Source: Candidatus Komeilibacteria bacterium
Lineage (GTDB): Bacteria > Patescibacteriota > Patescibacteriia > UBA1558 > 2-01-FULL-52-15
NCBI GenBank assembly: GCA_043801745.1
Contig: JAZDLR010000016.1
Span: 70,331-134,330, forward strand
Length of the DNA stretch: 64,000 nucleotides
Direction: 5' to 3'
The position numbers and the translations under genes were made by a program. Within the stretch, counting starts at the first letter, position 1; every line of letters starts with the position of its first letter. The notes under the pieces are model-generated. The model ran no database searches and was not told the origin of the DNA. It saw nothing but the letters and a program-made list of their open reading frames with translations. This document shows positions 40,474 to 50,231 of this stretch, piece after piece.

Positions 40474-42321
40474 ATGTGTGGCATAGTCGGTTACATTGGT
40501 AAAGAACCAACGGACCTCTTCAGGCTATTGAAGACTGGCTTAATTAATTTAGAATACCGCGGTTATGATAGTGCCGGTTTGGCCTGTTTAATTGGCGATA
40601 ATTTTATCGTTACTAAATGCATCGGTGGTCCGGGTAATTTAAGTATTGAGCGTAGTGACCTAAGTACTGTTGGTATCGGTCATACGCGGTGGGCAACACA
40701 TGGTGGCATTAGCGAGGCCAATGCTCATCCGCATTTGGACTGCTGCCAAAAAGTAGCCGTGGTCCATAATGGGACGATTGAAAATTATGGCGAACTTAAA
40801 ACGGCACTGATAACGCAAGGTCACATCTTCACCTCGGAAACCGATAGCGAAGTATTAGCGCATTTGATTGAGCAGGAATTAAAAAGCAATCAGGGTTTGC
40901 GTCCGGCCGTTGAAAGCGCCCTGGCACAAGTTGTCGGAGCCTATGGTCTGGCTGTGGTGTCAACTGAGGAGCCGAATTTGATTATTGCGGCCCGCCGCGG
41001 CAGTCCGCTACTTATTGGTTTAGGTAAAAGCTCTCTCATGGTAGCCAGCGATCAGAATGCACTGACAGAGTATTGTGACCGCGTGGTTTTTCTGGATGAC
41101 AATGAATTGGTAGAATTGCGGGCTGACGGTTATTATGTTTATGGTTTGGGACAGTCGCATCTGGTCGATAAGCGGGCGTATCAGCTTGAACGCCAAGATG
41201 GGGATAATGGTAAGGGCGATTATGACCATTTCATGATCGAAGAAATTATGGAACAGGCGCATACGCTGCGGGCTGCTTTTAGCGGGCGCTTGGATTTGGC
41301 CGAGGGGATACCTGTTTTGGGTGGTGTGCGCGATATTTTGCCACTATTGCAGGACGTGAAACAAGTAATATTAACTGGCTGCGGTACGGCTTATCACGCG
41401 GCTCTCTATGGTAAGTATTTATTGGAACAAATTTTAGATATTCCGGTGCGCGCGGAAATTGCCTCGGAATTATTAGTAGAAAAAGTTAACGAGGATCCCA
41501 AATCAACGCTGGTGGTTTTTGTCAGTCAATCCGGAGAAACAGCCGATACCAAGGAAGCTTTAATTGAGCTTAAGCGGCGCGGCTTCCTCTGTTTGGGATT
41601 GGTAAATGTGGCCGGCAGCAGTATAGCCCGCGCAGCCGGCGTTGGCATCTATATCCGCGCCGGCGTGGAACGAGCCGTGGCTTCTACCAAGGCTTTTACT
41701 TCACAGATTGCCGCTCTGTTGCTTCTGGGTATTACTATGGCCCGACAAAGATCTATGAGTAAAATTGAAGGCCAGAAACTAATGCGGGAGCTGGAAAAAA
41801 TTCCCAATGATATTGAGAAGCTATTAAAACAACTGCAGCCAATAATTAGTAATTTAGCTCGAGAGCTGCAATCAGCTAAAGCTTTGTATTTTCTCGGCAA
41901 GAAATATAGTTATCCGGTGGCGCTGGAAGGTTCTCTTAAAGTGAAAGAAATTACTTACCTGCCAACCGAAGCTTATCCTTCGGGCGAGATTAAGCACGGA
42001 CCCCTAGCCTTAGTAGATAAAAATTTTGTAGCCTTTGTTATTGCACCGGAAGGCAATTTATTAGATAAGGCCAGTAATACCGTTCATGAAATTAAGGCCC
42101 GCGGCGGTAAAGTTATATTAATTACCAATGAAACAGCGGCCAAAGAAACCATCGGTCAGGTGGCTGATCAAGTTATTACCGTGCCTTTTAAAAATTTTAA
42201 TTTTCTTTATCCTTTGTATACGGTTATTCCCCTACAACTTTTGAGTTATGAGTTAGCAAAATTGTTAGGACGCGAGATTGATAAACCGAGAAATTTAGCT
42301 AAATCAGTGACGGTTCAATAA
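40474..42321 (+). CDS. glmS: glutamine--fructose-6-phosphate aminotransferase
   Basis: N-terminal MCGIVGY (catalytic Cys2). SIS-domain SQSGETADT. 615 aa. Confidence 0.9.
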   Translation: MCGIVGYIGKEPTDLFRLLKTGLINLEYRGYDSAGLACLIGDNFIVTKCIGGPGNLSIERSDLSTVGIGHTRWATHGGISEANAHPHLDCCQKVAVVHNGTIENYGELKTALITQGHIFTSETDSEVLAHLIEQELKSNQGLRPAVESALAQVVGAYGLAVVSTEEPNLIIAARRGSPLLIGLGKSSLMVASDQNALTEYCDRVVFLDDNELVELRADGYYVYGLGQSHLVDKRAYQLERQDGDNGKGDYDHFMIEEIMEQAHTLRAAFSGRLDLAEGIPVLGGVRDILPLLQDVKQVILTGCGTAYHAALYGKYLLEQILDIPVRAEIASELLVEKVNEDPKSTLVVFVSQSGETADTKEALIELKRRGFLCLGLVNVAGSSIARAAGVGIYIRAGVERAVASTKAFTSQIAALLLLGITMARQRSMSKIEGQKLMRELEKIPNDIEKLLKQLQPIISNLARELQSAKALYFLGKKYSYPVALEGSLKVKEITYLPTEAYPSGEIKHGPLALVDKNFVAFVIAPEGNLLDKASNTVHEIKARGGKVILITNETAAKETIGQVADQVITVPFKNFNFLYPLYTVIPLQLLSYELAKLLGREIDKPRNLAKSVTVQ

Positions 42322-42338
42322 GTTCAGATAAAAAAATA

Positions 42339-42366
42339 GAGCCCCGGCAGGAAAAGCCCGGGGCTC
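42339..42366. terminator. bidirectional GC hairpin (GAGCCCCGG...CCGGGGCTC) after glmS
   Basis: 9-bp stem flanked by A-run. Lies between convergent genes. Confidence 0.5.
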
Positions 42367-42381
42367 GGAGGATCCAAGGGG

Positions 42382-42690
42382 TCATTCTGGATCGTTGTTC
42401 GAATGATGCTCACTGCTGCAGCAGAGATGGCGGAGCTTGAGGGCTTGCTCGCCCTCGAAGCTGGTGACGGCATAGTCGGGGGTTGCCAGGAAGGTCACGT
42501 ATGACCTTCGACCGAAATATCCCTCAGCAACCTGCCGGTCGTCCATCATCCACCAGACTTCGGCATCACCGAAGCTGCTGTCTGAAAGAGTGCCACGGTG
42601 AGCACCTGCTAGCAGGGCGGCTGCTTCCGCCAAGGTCAGGGTGCGGCTGGTCCACTCAACTACATTGTTTCCTCCGGCGGTGTGCGCCAT
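42382..42690 (-). CDS. hypothetical protein (GC-rich)
   Basis: 102-aa ORF. No recognisable motif. Confidence 0.45.
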   Translation of the reverse strand: MAHTAGGNNVVEWTSRTLTLAEAAALLAGAHRGTLSDSSFGDAEVWWMMDDRQVAEGYFGRRSYVTFLATPDYAVTSFEGEQALKLRHLCCSSEHHSNNDPE

Positions 42691-42900
42691 GATTCATTTC
42701 TCCCGCGTTGTGCAGGAGAACGAACCAAGACGATCTTGGCCTATAACTCCTGCAGATAGAAGGTGTTTAATATGTATCATATTTTGAATTATTTGTCAAG
42801 GGGTAGAAACAATAGACTTTTTGACAAACTAATCTTTTTGTATTATTATCACTTGATTTCTGTTCGTTGTAGTTGTTCCCACTGACCAAGGAGGTTTTCT

Positions 42901-43458
42901 GTGGCGGATGATTATACGGTCGTGTTTGAATACACCGATGCGGTTCCGGGGTTTACTGGTTGCCGTACCTCGACCAGCTTTGATGGCCCGGAGGATTTCC
43001 AGAAGTGGTATACTCCCGAAATTCAGAAGCGTGAGAAAGTGATCGAGGCTGGCGTGATGACGGAAGAGCATCGCTTGGCGCTAGTTCAGGCCACACCGTT
43101 CTCGGCCCACGTCAAAGCTTGCCTGCAGGAAGCGACGCTTAGTGGCGGTAAGGTCTCTGAGCCGATTTTCAGGATGCAGCTGGAGCAAACCCTGATGGCG
43201 TCGCCGTCGCCTTTCGGGAGCTTGGGCGAAATCAGGCGATGGTTGCTGTCCCAGATTTTGCGTCCCAGCGGACCGTTGCGCAAACCTGGGTTCAGGGGGT
43301 GGGTAGAGAGTCTGAAGGGCGGCAGTCAGAAGCCGCCATCGGTTTTGGTACGTGAAGCCATCGATCTGGCGACCGAAGACGATGGAACGATCAATCAGAT
43401 CATTCTGAGAGGTCTTGTTGCCATGGTTCTTGATACTCCTGATCCCTTCGCCTCGTAG
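42901..43458 (+). CDS. hypothetical protein (GC-rich)
   Basis: GTG start after AAGGAGG. TTGACA-17-TATTAT promoter at ~42822-42850. Confidence 0.5.
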   Translation: MADDYTVVFEYTDAVPGFTGCRTSTSFDGPEDFQKWYTPEIQKREKVIEAGVMTEEHRLALVQATPFSAHVKACLQEATLSGGKVSEPIFRMQLEQTLMASPSPFGSLGEIRRWLLSQILRPSGPLRKPGFRGWVESLKGGSQKPPSVLVREAIDLATEDDGTINQIILRGLVAMVLDTPDPFAS

Positions 43459-43533
43459 TTCGCGGTTAGAGCGACCCAAGTCCCCGACCAGTGCATCTGG
43501 TCGGGGACTTTATAAATATGCTAGGATAGTCCT

Positions 43534-44784
43534 ATGGAAATCATCGCCGACCTCCACGTTCACACGAAATACGCCCGAGCGACCTCTAAGAATTTAGATT
43601 TATTTGACTTGGCTAAATGGTCCAATATCAAAGGCGTCAATGTGGTTGCTTGTGGTGATTTTACTCACCCTAAACAATTTACAGATATTCAGGATAATCT
43701 GGTTGCCGACGGTACCGGACTTTTTGATTTGAGGGACGATAAATCGGGAGTTAAGTTTTTCTTATCAACCGAAGTGTCGTGTATTTATAGACACAAGGAT
43801 GCTACGCGGCGGTTACATTTATGTTTGTTCGCGCCTTCTATTGAAGCAGTAGCCAATTTTAATCAGGCGTTAATTGATAGGGGCTGTAAGTTAGCCAGCG
43901 ATGGTCGGCCGATCTTAGGTATGAGTTCGAAAGATGTGCTGCAAATAGCCTTGGATACTGATCCGAGAATGGTCATGGTGCCGGCGCACATCTGGACCCC
44001 ATGGTTTGCCTTGTTCGGTTCGAAGTCGGGTTACGATTCAGTGGGAGATTGCTTCGAAGATCTGACGCCGCATATTTTTGCTTTAGAAACCGGCCTGTCT
44101 TCTGATCCGGCCATGAACTGGGCTTGGTCGGCTCTGGATAAGTACACATTGATCTCTAATTCGGATGCTCATTCCGGGCCGAATATCGGACGCGAGGCCA
44201 ATGTTTTTGAATTAGATCAGTTAAGTTATGATAATATTATCAGCGCCATAAAAAACAAAAACCCCAAAGAATTTTTATACACCATAGAATTTTTTCCTGA
44301 AGAAGGCATGTATCATTATGACGGTCACCGTCTGTGTAATATTTCTCTTAGCCCCGAAGAGACGCGGAAATTAAAAAATATTTGTCCGGTATGTAAAAAG
44401 CCACTTACAGTCGGAGTCTTGCACCGTGTGGATAACTTAAAAGATCGTCAATTTGGACAGTTGTCAGCCGGCACAATCCCTTTTAAAAAAATAATCCCTC
44501 TATCACAAATTATTGCTAATTATTTCGGGCAAGGTAGGGGTAGTGGCAAAGTTGAGGCCATGTTTAATCTGATTATAAAGAAATTTGGTAACGAATTTGC
44601 TGTGCTATTGGATACTCCGCTAGAGGAATTAACAGCTCTAATACCCGAGGCTTTGGCCCGTGGAATTATCCGCGTGCGCGAGCAAAAAGTTGTTTTACAT
44701 CCGGGTTATGATGGCGTTTATGGCACGATAGAATTATTTTCCGCCGCGGAACAACGAGCTTCAAAACAGTCAAAATTGTTCTAA
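43534..44784 (+). CDS. PHP-domain protein of the endonuclease Q-like (TIGR00375-type) family with C-terminal zinc ribbon
   Basis: N-terminal IADLHVHTKYARATSK (PHP His cluster). Downstream SNSDAHS. CxxC...CPVCKK zinc finger. Confidence 0.55.
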   Translation: MEIIADLHVHTKYARATSKNLDLFDLAKWSNIKGVNVVACGDFTHPKQFTDIQDNLVADGTGLFDLRDDKSGVKFFLSTEVSCIYRHKDATRRLHLCLFAPSIEAVANFNQALIDRGCKLASDGRPILGMSSKDVLQIALDTDPRMVMVPAHIWTPWFALFGSKSGYDSVGDCFEDLTPHIFALETGLSSDPAMNWAWSALDKYTLISNSDAHSGPNIGREANVFELDQLSYDNIISAIKNKNPKEFLYTIEFFPEEGMYHYDGHRLCNISLSPEETRKLKNICPVCKKPLTVGVLHRVDNLKDRQFGQLSAGTIPFKKIIPLSQIIANYFGQGRGSGKVEAMFNLIIKKFGNEFAVLLDTPLEELTALIPEALARGIIRVREQKVVLHPGYDGVYGTIELFSAAEQRASKQSKLF

Positions 44785-44966
44785 GATTAGCCTTTTTTCT
44801 AAAAACAAATCATCCCTTGTGCTTAGCTCACTTCACAACCGAAGTGGGGCAAGTTACCGGGATGATTTTTCTGTTTGAGGGGACACCTACAGCTGTAGAT
44901 TTCTAACTCAAACTATTGCCGCGACTGACAAGAAAAAAACTTGTCTCGCAAAACGTTAACAGGTTA

Positions 44967-45041
44967 TTACCTGCGGCGTTTAGCGGTCTTTCTCTTAGCG
45001 GTCTTTTTGGTCTTTTTAGCTGCCTTTCTCTTTTTGGCCAT
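44967..45041 (-). CDS. 24-aa lysine/arginine-rich micro-ORF (MAKKRKAAKKTKKTAKRKTAKRRR)
   Basis: Strong SD (AAAGGAGGTGA) 6 nt upstream of the ATG. Not in the ORF track (too short). Speculative. Confidence 0.3.
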   Translation of the reverse strand: MAKKRKAAKKTKKTAKRKTAKRRR

Positions 45042-45218
45042 ATCGTCACCTCCTTTTGTTGTCAGATTATTTTTTGTTTGTGTTGGAGAAAATAATTTCT
45101 TACAAAATTATTTTCATCAACTACCTATATTATACAACGAATTTTTTTTTCTAACAATGTTTTTTAGTAACAAAAAACGCTGAGCTCCCGTTCACCTCCA
45201 GCGTTAGCTCAGCGTCAA

Positions 45219-46256
45219 TTATTGGTCGTTAACCTTTTTCTTGTCAGGCGCATTACTATTGACTGATGGATCCTCCGGATTGTTTTTTTCTGCTACGAAA
45301 CGCCTTCGGTCTTTAGCCGATACTATAGCCTGATCGCTTAAACGTTGTGCTTCTTGAAGCCGCAGATACCCGGTGGTAAATTTATCAGACTTTCCGGCTT
45401 CTTGGCCCTCCCGATAGCTTTGCTCGCTTTGCTTTAATAACGTTGAAATGTTCTTTTGATTATCCAGACTCAGCTTGTTGGCGGATTTATTTAGTATGTC
45501 CTTGGCTTTCTGCAGACCCTTCTTCACTTGCCCAAGTTTTTGTTCGAATTGTCGCTCTTTAATTGTTTCGGCAGTAGAGCTGGCCAGATGATTTTCCATC
45601 TGTTGGCGCAAAACGGCACTAGAGGTGGCTTGCTCGTTGAGAGTATTGGTCAAAATCGAAGGCTGGCTGCCTTTCTTTTGTAGATCGTGAAATAGTTGTT
45701 TGCGCGAATCCAGATCAGCCTGTGCCCGCGAACTAACGTCGTCGGCAGTAAGGAGTTTACCGGATTTTTCTAAATCCTTAAGTTGCTGATTAAGTTTTGC
45801 CGTATTAGTAGTCACTTGATTGCTAAGATTGTTTTCGATTTCAGGACTTAGTTTTTGTTGGGAAGCTAGGGTGACTGCCTCGTCCAGACGGCGCGTAATT
45901 TGTTCGGCGGTCCAACGGGTTTTGGCTTCAGGAGTTATGGCCAAACCGGATCTAATTTCCTCATTGACGGAAATTTTAATAGGATAAAGTATGTCTCCCG
46001 GAAGACTATTTTCGGCCGCGTAAGAGACGCTGGCGCTAACGGCAACTAACAGAATTAAGATTCCCGAAGAAAAATAAGCCCAACGTAAGCGCGGCCAAGA
46101 CCAAGTTGTAATTCTAGGAGATCCAATAATTGCTTGGCCGGTTAGGGGGTGTTGTTGAATATAGGAAAGCAGTTGTTCTTTGCCAAATTGTTTCTCTTGG
46201 GCCGTTAACTGCTGCTGAGCTAAGGCCGAAAAAATGGAGTTGTAGATTTTATTCAT
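45219..46256 (-). CDS. putative anti-sigma factor (single-pass membrane protein cotranscribed with ECF sigma)
   Basis: Start overlaps the sigma-factor stop. One TM helix (ILILLVAVSASVSYAA). Q/K-rich extracytoplasmic coiled-coil region. Confidence 0.5.
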   Translation of the reverse strand: MNKIYNSIFSALAQQQLTAQEKQFGKEQLLSYIQQHPLTGQAIIGSPRITTWSWPRLRWAYFSSGILILLVAVSASVSYAAENSLPGDILYPIKISVNEEIRSGLAITPEAKTRWTAEQITRRLDEAVTLASQQKLSPEIENNLSNQVTTNTAKLNQQLKDLEKSGKLLTADDVSSRAQADLDSRKQLFHDLQKKGSQPSILTNTLNEQATSSAVLRQQMENHLASSTAETIKERQFEQKLGQVKKGLQKAKDILNKSANKLSLDNQKNISTLLKQSEQSYREGQEAGKSDKFTTGYLRLQEAQRLSDQAIVSAKDRRRFVAEKNNPEDPSVNSNAPDKKKVNDQ

Positions 46257-46743
46257 ATAATAATTGCCTTAGTTGTTTCAGGGCGCGGTTTAGACGGACA
46301 GAAATGACGTTTTCGGATTCTCCGGTCAGTTGCGCTATATCCTTGGGTCGTAAATCTTCCACATAACGCCAGATAATCACCTGCCTATGACCGGCCTCGA
46401 GTTTATCGAGAATGACGAGTATTGCCTTGGCATCTATAGAGCTGGTTAATTTCTCATAGTGATTGCTCATCGGCTGAAAACCTTGATCCATTAGTTGATC
46501 TAGTGAACTTTCCTGATGTTTGCGGCTGCGGTCAATGATGAGGTTGGTGGCCACACGGTAGAGCCAGGCCCGTAAGTTATCAATTGATTTACCGCCAGCC
46601 AGATAGTCCCAGGTTCGGGTAAAGGTTTCCTGCATTAAATCAAAAGCTTCGCCCCGGTCGCCAACACGAAAATAACAATGCCGGAAAATGGCATCTGAGT
46701 AGGCTTCGTAACCAGCAATGAACTGCTTCTCGAGGTCACTCAT
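46249..46743 (-). CDS. ECF-type RNA polymerase sigma factor
   Basis: Region 2 (LMQETFTRTWDYL...RAWLYRVATNLIIDRSR) and region 4 (RPKDIAQLTGESENVISVRLNRALKQLRQ) of sigma-70 family group 4. Confidence 0.8.
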   Translation of the reverse strand: MSDLEKQFIAGYEAYSDAIFRHCYFRVGDRGEAFDLMQETFTRTWDYLAGGKSIDNLRAWLYRVATNLIIDRSRKHQESSLDQLMDQGFQPMSNHYEKLTSSIDAKAILVILDKLEAGHRQVIIWRYVEDLRPKDIAQLTGESENVISVRLNRALKQLRQLLYE

Positions 46744-46940
46744 TGTAATATAGGACGAATTAATCTCTTAGAACTTACAGCTGCTAATGTACCTATTTTA
46801 GGGTTGTTTTGGCAAGTAAATAAAAAAAGGCCCGAGTGAGCCAAATGATACTTTGGTGGACCCTGCCGGGCTCTCCGCCATCAGGCGGACCCGCCAACAT
46901 TAGATGCAATTATTCGTGGCGGGGAACCGGGAAGGCCATA

Positions 46941-47016
46941 TTTTTTTAAATGGTGGACCGTGCCAGATTCGAACTGGCGACCCCTACATTGCAAATGTAG
47001 TGCTCTACCAACTGAG
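46941..47016 (-). tRNA. tRNA-Ala (TGC)
   Basis: Acceptor GGGCCGT with G3:U70. Anticodon loop TTTGCAA. T-loop AGTTCGAATCT. Encoded CCA. Confidence 0.85.
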
Positions 47017-47031
47017 CTAACGGCCCCCAGC

Positions 47032-47301
47032 CTAGTTTGTCGTTCCTAGGGAAAAGGCAGGAATAAATGTCCGGATCAATGAGGCGCCAATAGGTTCCAG
47101 AAGACCGGTGAGATAAAGGGCACCAATGACAATGATAAGAATGCCAATTAACTTGTACATCAAGCGGCTGCCGCCCTCAGTGCTTAGGTATTTTTCCGCG
47201 CTCTCAATACCACCGACATTTCTGAGAAACCAATCAGATTTCCAAACCATGATATAACCGGCAACTAACATAATGGCGCTAATGAGAATTCTAGTAAGCA
47301 T
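47032..47301 (-). CDS. small membrane protein
   Basis: 89 aa with two to three hydrophobic helices. Confidence 0.5.
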   Translation of the reverse strand: MLTRILISAIMLVAGYIMVWKSDWFLRNVGGIESAEKYLSTEGGSRLMYKLIGILIIVIGALYLTGLLEPIGASLIRTFIPAFSLGTTN

Positions 47302-47313
47302 ATTTGTATTGAT

Positions 47314-47559
47314 TTAGTTTATCAACCTTTTGTTTCTAAAAGCAATCCCAGAGGACGTTTTTAAATATTTTTCGAACTCTAAGGCCTTCTTCTTGTCTTC
47401 GAAAGCGCAATAGTAAACCATCTTCCACGGCTTGAATTTATTGGTATGTACAGACCTTCCTTCATTGTGGTCCTTAAGTCTCGTATCAATATTTTCTGAA
47501 AAGCCAGCGTATATTCGTTTGGGGAAGTTGATACTTCGTATTATATAGACGTAATACAT
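47314..47559 (-). CDS. GIY-YIG nuclease-domain protein
   Basis: YYVYIIRS...RIYAGFSENIDTRLKDHN...KFKPW matches the GIY-YIG core (GIY, YIG, R, H/N). Start taken at MYYVYII. The nuclease domain only. Confidence 0.7.
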   Translation of the reverse strand: MYYVYIIRSINFPKRIYAGFSENIDTRLKDHNEGRSVHTNKFKPWKMVYYCAFEDKKKALEFEKYLKTSSGIAFRNKRLIN

Positions 47560-47680
47560 TAGGAATATTTTGGGCTGTGCCATTCGTAGCGCAGCCGCAG
47601 AAGTTTTATATAGTTATTTAAGTATAATGTCCATGCTTCGCCCACTGGGCTTCGCAGGACATTCTTCGCTGCGCGAAGAA

Positions 47681-47757
47681 TGGTGGGCAGTATATGATTC
47701 GAACATATGACCTCCTCGGTGTAAACGAGGCGCTCTAACCAGCTGAGCTAACTGCCC
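47681..47757 (-). tRNA. tRNA-Val (TAC)
   Basis: Acceptor GGGCAGT/ACTGCCC. Anticodon loop TTTACAC. T-loop TGTTCGAATCA. Encoded CCA. Confidence 0.85.
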
Positions 47758-47762
47758 AAGTG

Positions 47763-47849
47763 TGGTGCCGGGGAGGAGACTCGAACTCCTAAGGCCTTTC
47801 GGCCACAGCCACCTCAAGGCTGCGTGTCTACCAATTTCACCACCTCGGC
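47763..47849 (-). tRNA. tRNA-Leu (GAG)
   Basis: Anticodon loop TTGAGGT. Long variable arm. T-arm AGGAGTTCGAGTCTCCT. Encoded CCA. One A:C mismatch in the acceptor stem. Confidence 0.8.
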
Positions 47850-47965
47850 TCGTCGTGGCCAATGCGTTTTGTTGGAAGTACGATATACCAACCCTGTACC
47901 ACCCGGGGTACAGAGCCCTGAACTCCACGTAGTTCAGGGTTTCATCGCCTCGGCAAAAGAGCCGC

Positions 47966-48286
47966 TTAGGCGGCTCGTTCTTTGAGACGTTTCTTGAAGG
48001 TCCGTAAGTAGCCTAGATTGGCACGGCGAACCTTGGCAATCTTTACCACTTCAATTTTATCTATCACCGGTGCCTTAAGCGGAAAGATTTTTTCAACACC
48101 GATGCCTTCAGAGATCTTGCGTACCGTAATAGTTCCGCCGGCCTCTGCTCCGTGGCGTTTCTTTAGGATGATACCTTCAAAAATCTGAATGCGTTCTTTT
48201 TCCTCACCTTTGGCGTTCTTTTCTTTGATTTTTTGGTGAACCCGCACGGTCATTCCCGGTCGTAGTTCTGGTAGTTGATTGGGCAT
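47966..48286 (-). CDS. rplS: 50S ribosomal protein L19
   Basis: [14 protein letters not shown]...[10 protein letters not shown]...RKIS.GIGVEK.FP...P.I.KIEV pattern of bL19. Confidence 0.9.
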   Translation of the reverse strand: MPNQLPELRPGMTVRVHQKIKEKNAKGEEKERIQIFEGIILKKRHGAEAGGTITVRKISEGIGVEKIFPLKAPVIDKIEVVKIAKVRRANLGYLRTFKKRLKERAA

Positions 48287-48330
48287 ATATTATTATCTGG
48301 CTAAAAAATAAGGCTAAAGAAGGTAATATC

Positions 48331-48945
48331 TTAAGCTAGGGGATAATACCGTCTTTTGGCCTTTTTGTCAATTATAGCTGCGGTTTTTTGCGTTTTTAGG
48401 TAGTTTTTTATAAGGTTTTGGATTTGACTGACTGTTTGGTTGACTTTGCCTTCATGGTTGATCACTTGATAATCATAAATATGCGCCCCTTTCATGGCCG
48501 CTACAGCCTCGCCATAACGGCGTCGGAATTGACTTGGTGTCAGCCCTCTAGCCAGTAACCTCTGCCTAATCTGCTTCATTGATTCCGGACGAATAAAAAT
48601 CAGACAGGCACGAGTAAAGCGTCTTTTAATAAATCTAGTACCTCGCACGTCAAGATTGAGTAGCAGGGGTTTGCCCTTGGTAGCAGTTAAACTTTTACTG
48701 GCCGTTCCGTAACAGTCGCCATTATACCGAGTCCATTCAAGTATTGTGCCGCCTTTTACTTTAGCTGCAAAGTCTTTTTCCGAAATGGAGACTAATTTTT
48801 TATCTTCTTTTTGGCCCGGCCGTAGCGCGCGCGTTGTATAGGTCGTTGCAGTTTGCAAAATCAGCATTCGCTGCAATAGTCGGTTAATGACTGACGTCTT
48901 GCCCACTGCTGTCGGCCCATTAATGACAATAATAGGGGGAATCAT
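48331..48945 (-). CDS. gmk: guanylate kinase
   Basis: GPTAVGKTS P-loop. TTRALRPGQKEDKK...EW..YNGDCYGT matches the guanylate kinase substrate-binding region. Confidence 0.8.
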   Translation of the reverse strand: MIPPIIVINGPTAVGKTSVINRLLQRMLILQTATTYTTRALRPGQKEDKKLVSISEKDFAAKVKGGTILEWTRYNGDCYGTASKSLTATKGKPLLLNLDVRGTRFIKRRFTRACLIFIRPESMKQIRQRLLARGLTPSQFRRRYGEAVAAMKGAHIYDYQVINHEGKVNQTVSQIQNLIKNYLKTQKTAAIIDKKAKRRYYPLA

Positions 48946-49853
48946 TTAAGTGTTGCCAGAAGATTATTAAGTTCTGATGGCAACTCGCTGTGACAATCAA
49001 TCATTTCGCCAGTAATTGATTGGAAAGAAAGTGATGAGGCGTGCAGAAAGGGGCGGGGCAAGGATGGCAATTTTTTATTTTTTAAATCTCTGGTGCCATA
49101 TAGCGAGTCGCCGACCAAACTGTGACCGATTGAGTGTAGATGAGCGCGAATCTGATGAGTCCGCCCGGTTACCAACTTTATATCCAGTAAGGTAAAATTG
49201 TGAAACCGTTTAATAACTTCATAATGAGTGATAGCTTCGTGCGCCTGGTCTTGTTTAAGCAGCACAGATTGGGCCTTGGTTTTTCCGGTTTTTTTATCCC
49301 GCTCCAGCGGAGTGCTGATTGTACCTTCATCATTAGAAATTACACCGTAGACTAGACCGGTGTAGTGCTTATCAATGGTGCGGTCACGGAATTGTTCTTT
49401 GAGATGAAAATAACTAGGTTCATCTAAAGCAATAGCGATTAGACCAGAAACATCGCGGTCTAGACGGTGTACTAGTCCTGGCCGCAAGGGGTCACCGAAT
49501 TCTGTTACGCGCGGGAAGTGCTCCACCAGCCAGCTAATGACCGTGTGTTCCTCGCCCCGCTCAGTAGGATGTACCAGTAAACCGGCCGGCTTATCCAGAA
49601 CCAGATAATGGTCATCTTGGTAGACAATGGTCGGCACCAATGAACGGTCAACTCGGGATTCTTTGACAGCAACGGTATATTCTATTACGTCACCGGGTTT
49701 AAGCCAGTGATGTACGGTTGTTTTTTTGTCATTAACCAAAACCCCGCCCTGTTTAATGGCTTTTTGAATTTGTGACCGCGTGCTGGTATCCAGGTTTTCC
49801 GCTAAGTAGGTATCTAGCCTTTTTTTGCCCTGCTGCGAATAGATGAATTTCAT
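48942..49853 (-). CDS. rluD: RluA-family 23S rRNA pseudouridine synthase (RluD-like) with N-terminal S4 domain
   Basis: HRLDRDVSGLIAIA catalytic motif. N-terminal S4-like region. Start overlaps the gmk stop. Confidence 0.8.
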   Translation of the reverse strand: MKFIYSQQGKKRLDTYLAENLDTSTRSQIQKAIKQGGVLVNDKKTTVHHWLKPGDVIEYTVAVKESRVDRSLVPTIVYQDDHYLVLDKPAGLLVHPTERGEEHTVISWLVEHFPRVTEFGDPLRPGLVHRLDRDVSGLIAIALDEPSYFHLKEQFRDRTIDKHYTGLVYGVISNDEGTISTPLERDKKTGKTKAQSVLLKQDQAHEAITHYEVIKRFHNFTLLDIKLVTGRTHQIRAHLHSIGHSLVGDSLYGTRDLKNKKLPSLPRPFLHASSLSFQSITGEMIDCHSELPSELNNLLATLK

Positions 49854-50231
49854 AGATGAGGCTATTATAGCACAGCTTAATCGTAATGTGACTTTAGAAC
49901 GGGTCAGTAGAAAAGCTCATTATTAACGTTGATACTTTTCCCAAATTTCCAGCCTGTATTTATTGTGAGTATATTTCTGACCAATGACCGATAGCGCCAG
50001 CAGCAAGCTGCCCCAGACGAGCAGCAACAGTCCGAGCCAGAAATTGAAGCCGATAGTCGATAAAAGGCCCAGCAAAAAAAATAACACACCCCAGAATGAT
50101 TTATGAATGTGATAGCCGCCAACGACTAGCCAATATTTTTCCGGGGTATTTAGTAGAAATTCTTTAATTCGGCTGGAAATAATTTTCGTTTATTTAGCAA
50201 AGGCCGCGTCTACCGTAGTTAAAATATATTA

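Noticed and set aside
47614-47928. 104-aa minus-strand ORF spanning two tRNA genes
   Set aside because: Covers tRNA-Val(TAC) and tRNA-Leu(GAG). Spurious.
47860-47950. possible additional tRNA between tRNA-Leu(GAG) and rplS
   Set aside because: No T-loop (GTTCGA-type) or cloverleaf could be drawn. The region is better explained as three consecutive hairpins, including the rplS terminator.
49904-50122. 72-aa Cys/Trp-rich minus-strand ORF
   Set aside because: Implausible composition. Another frame on the same strand encodes a convincing membrane-protein-like sequence (reported as a finding).
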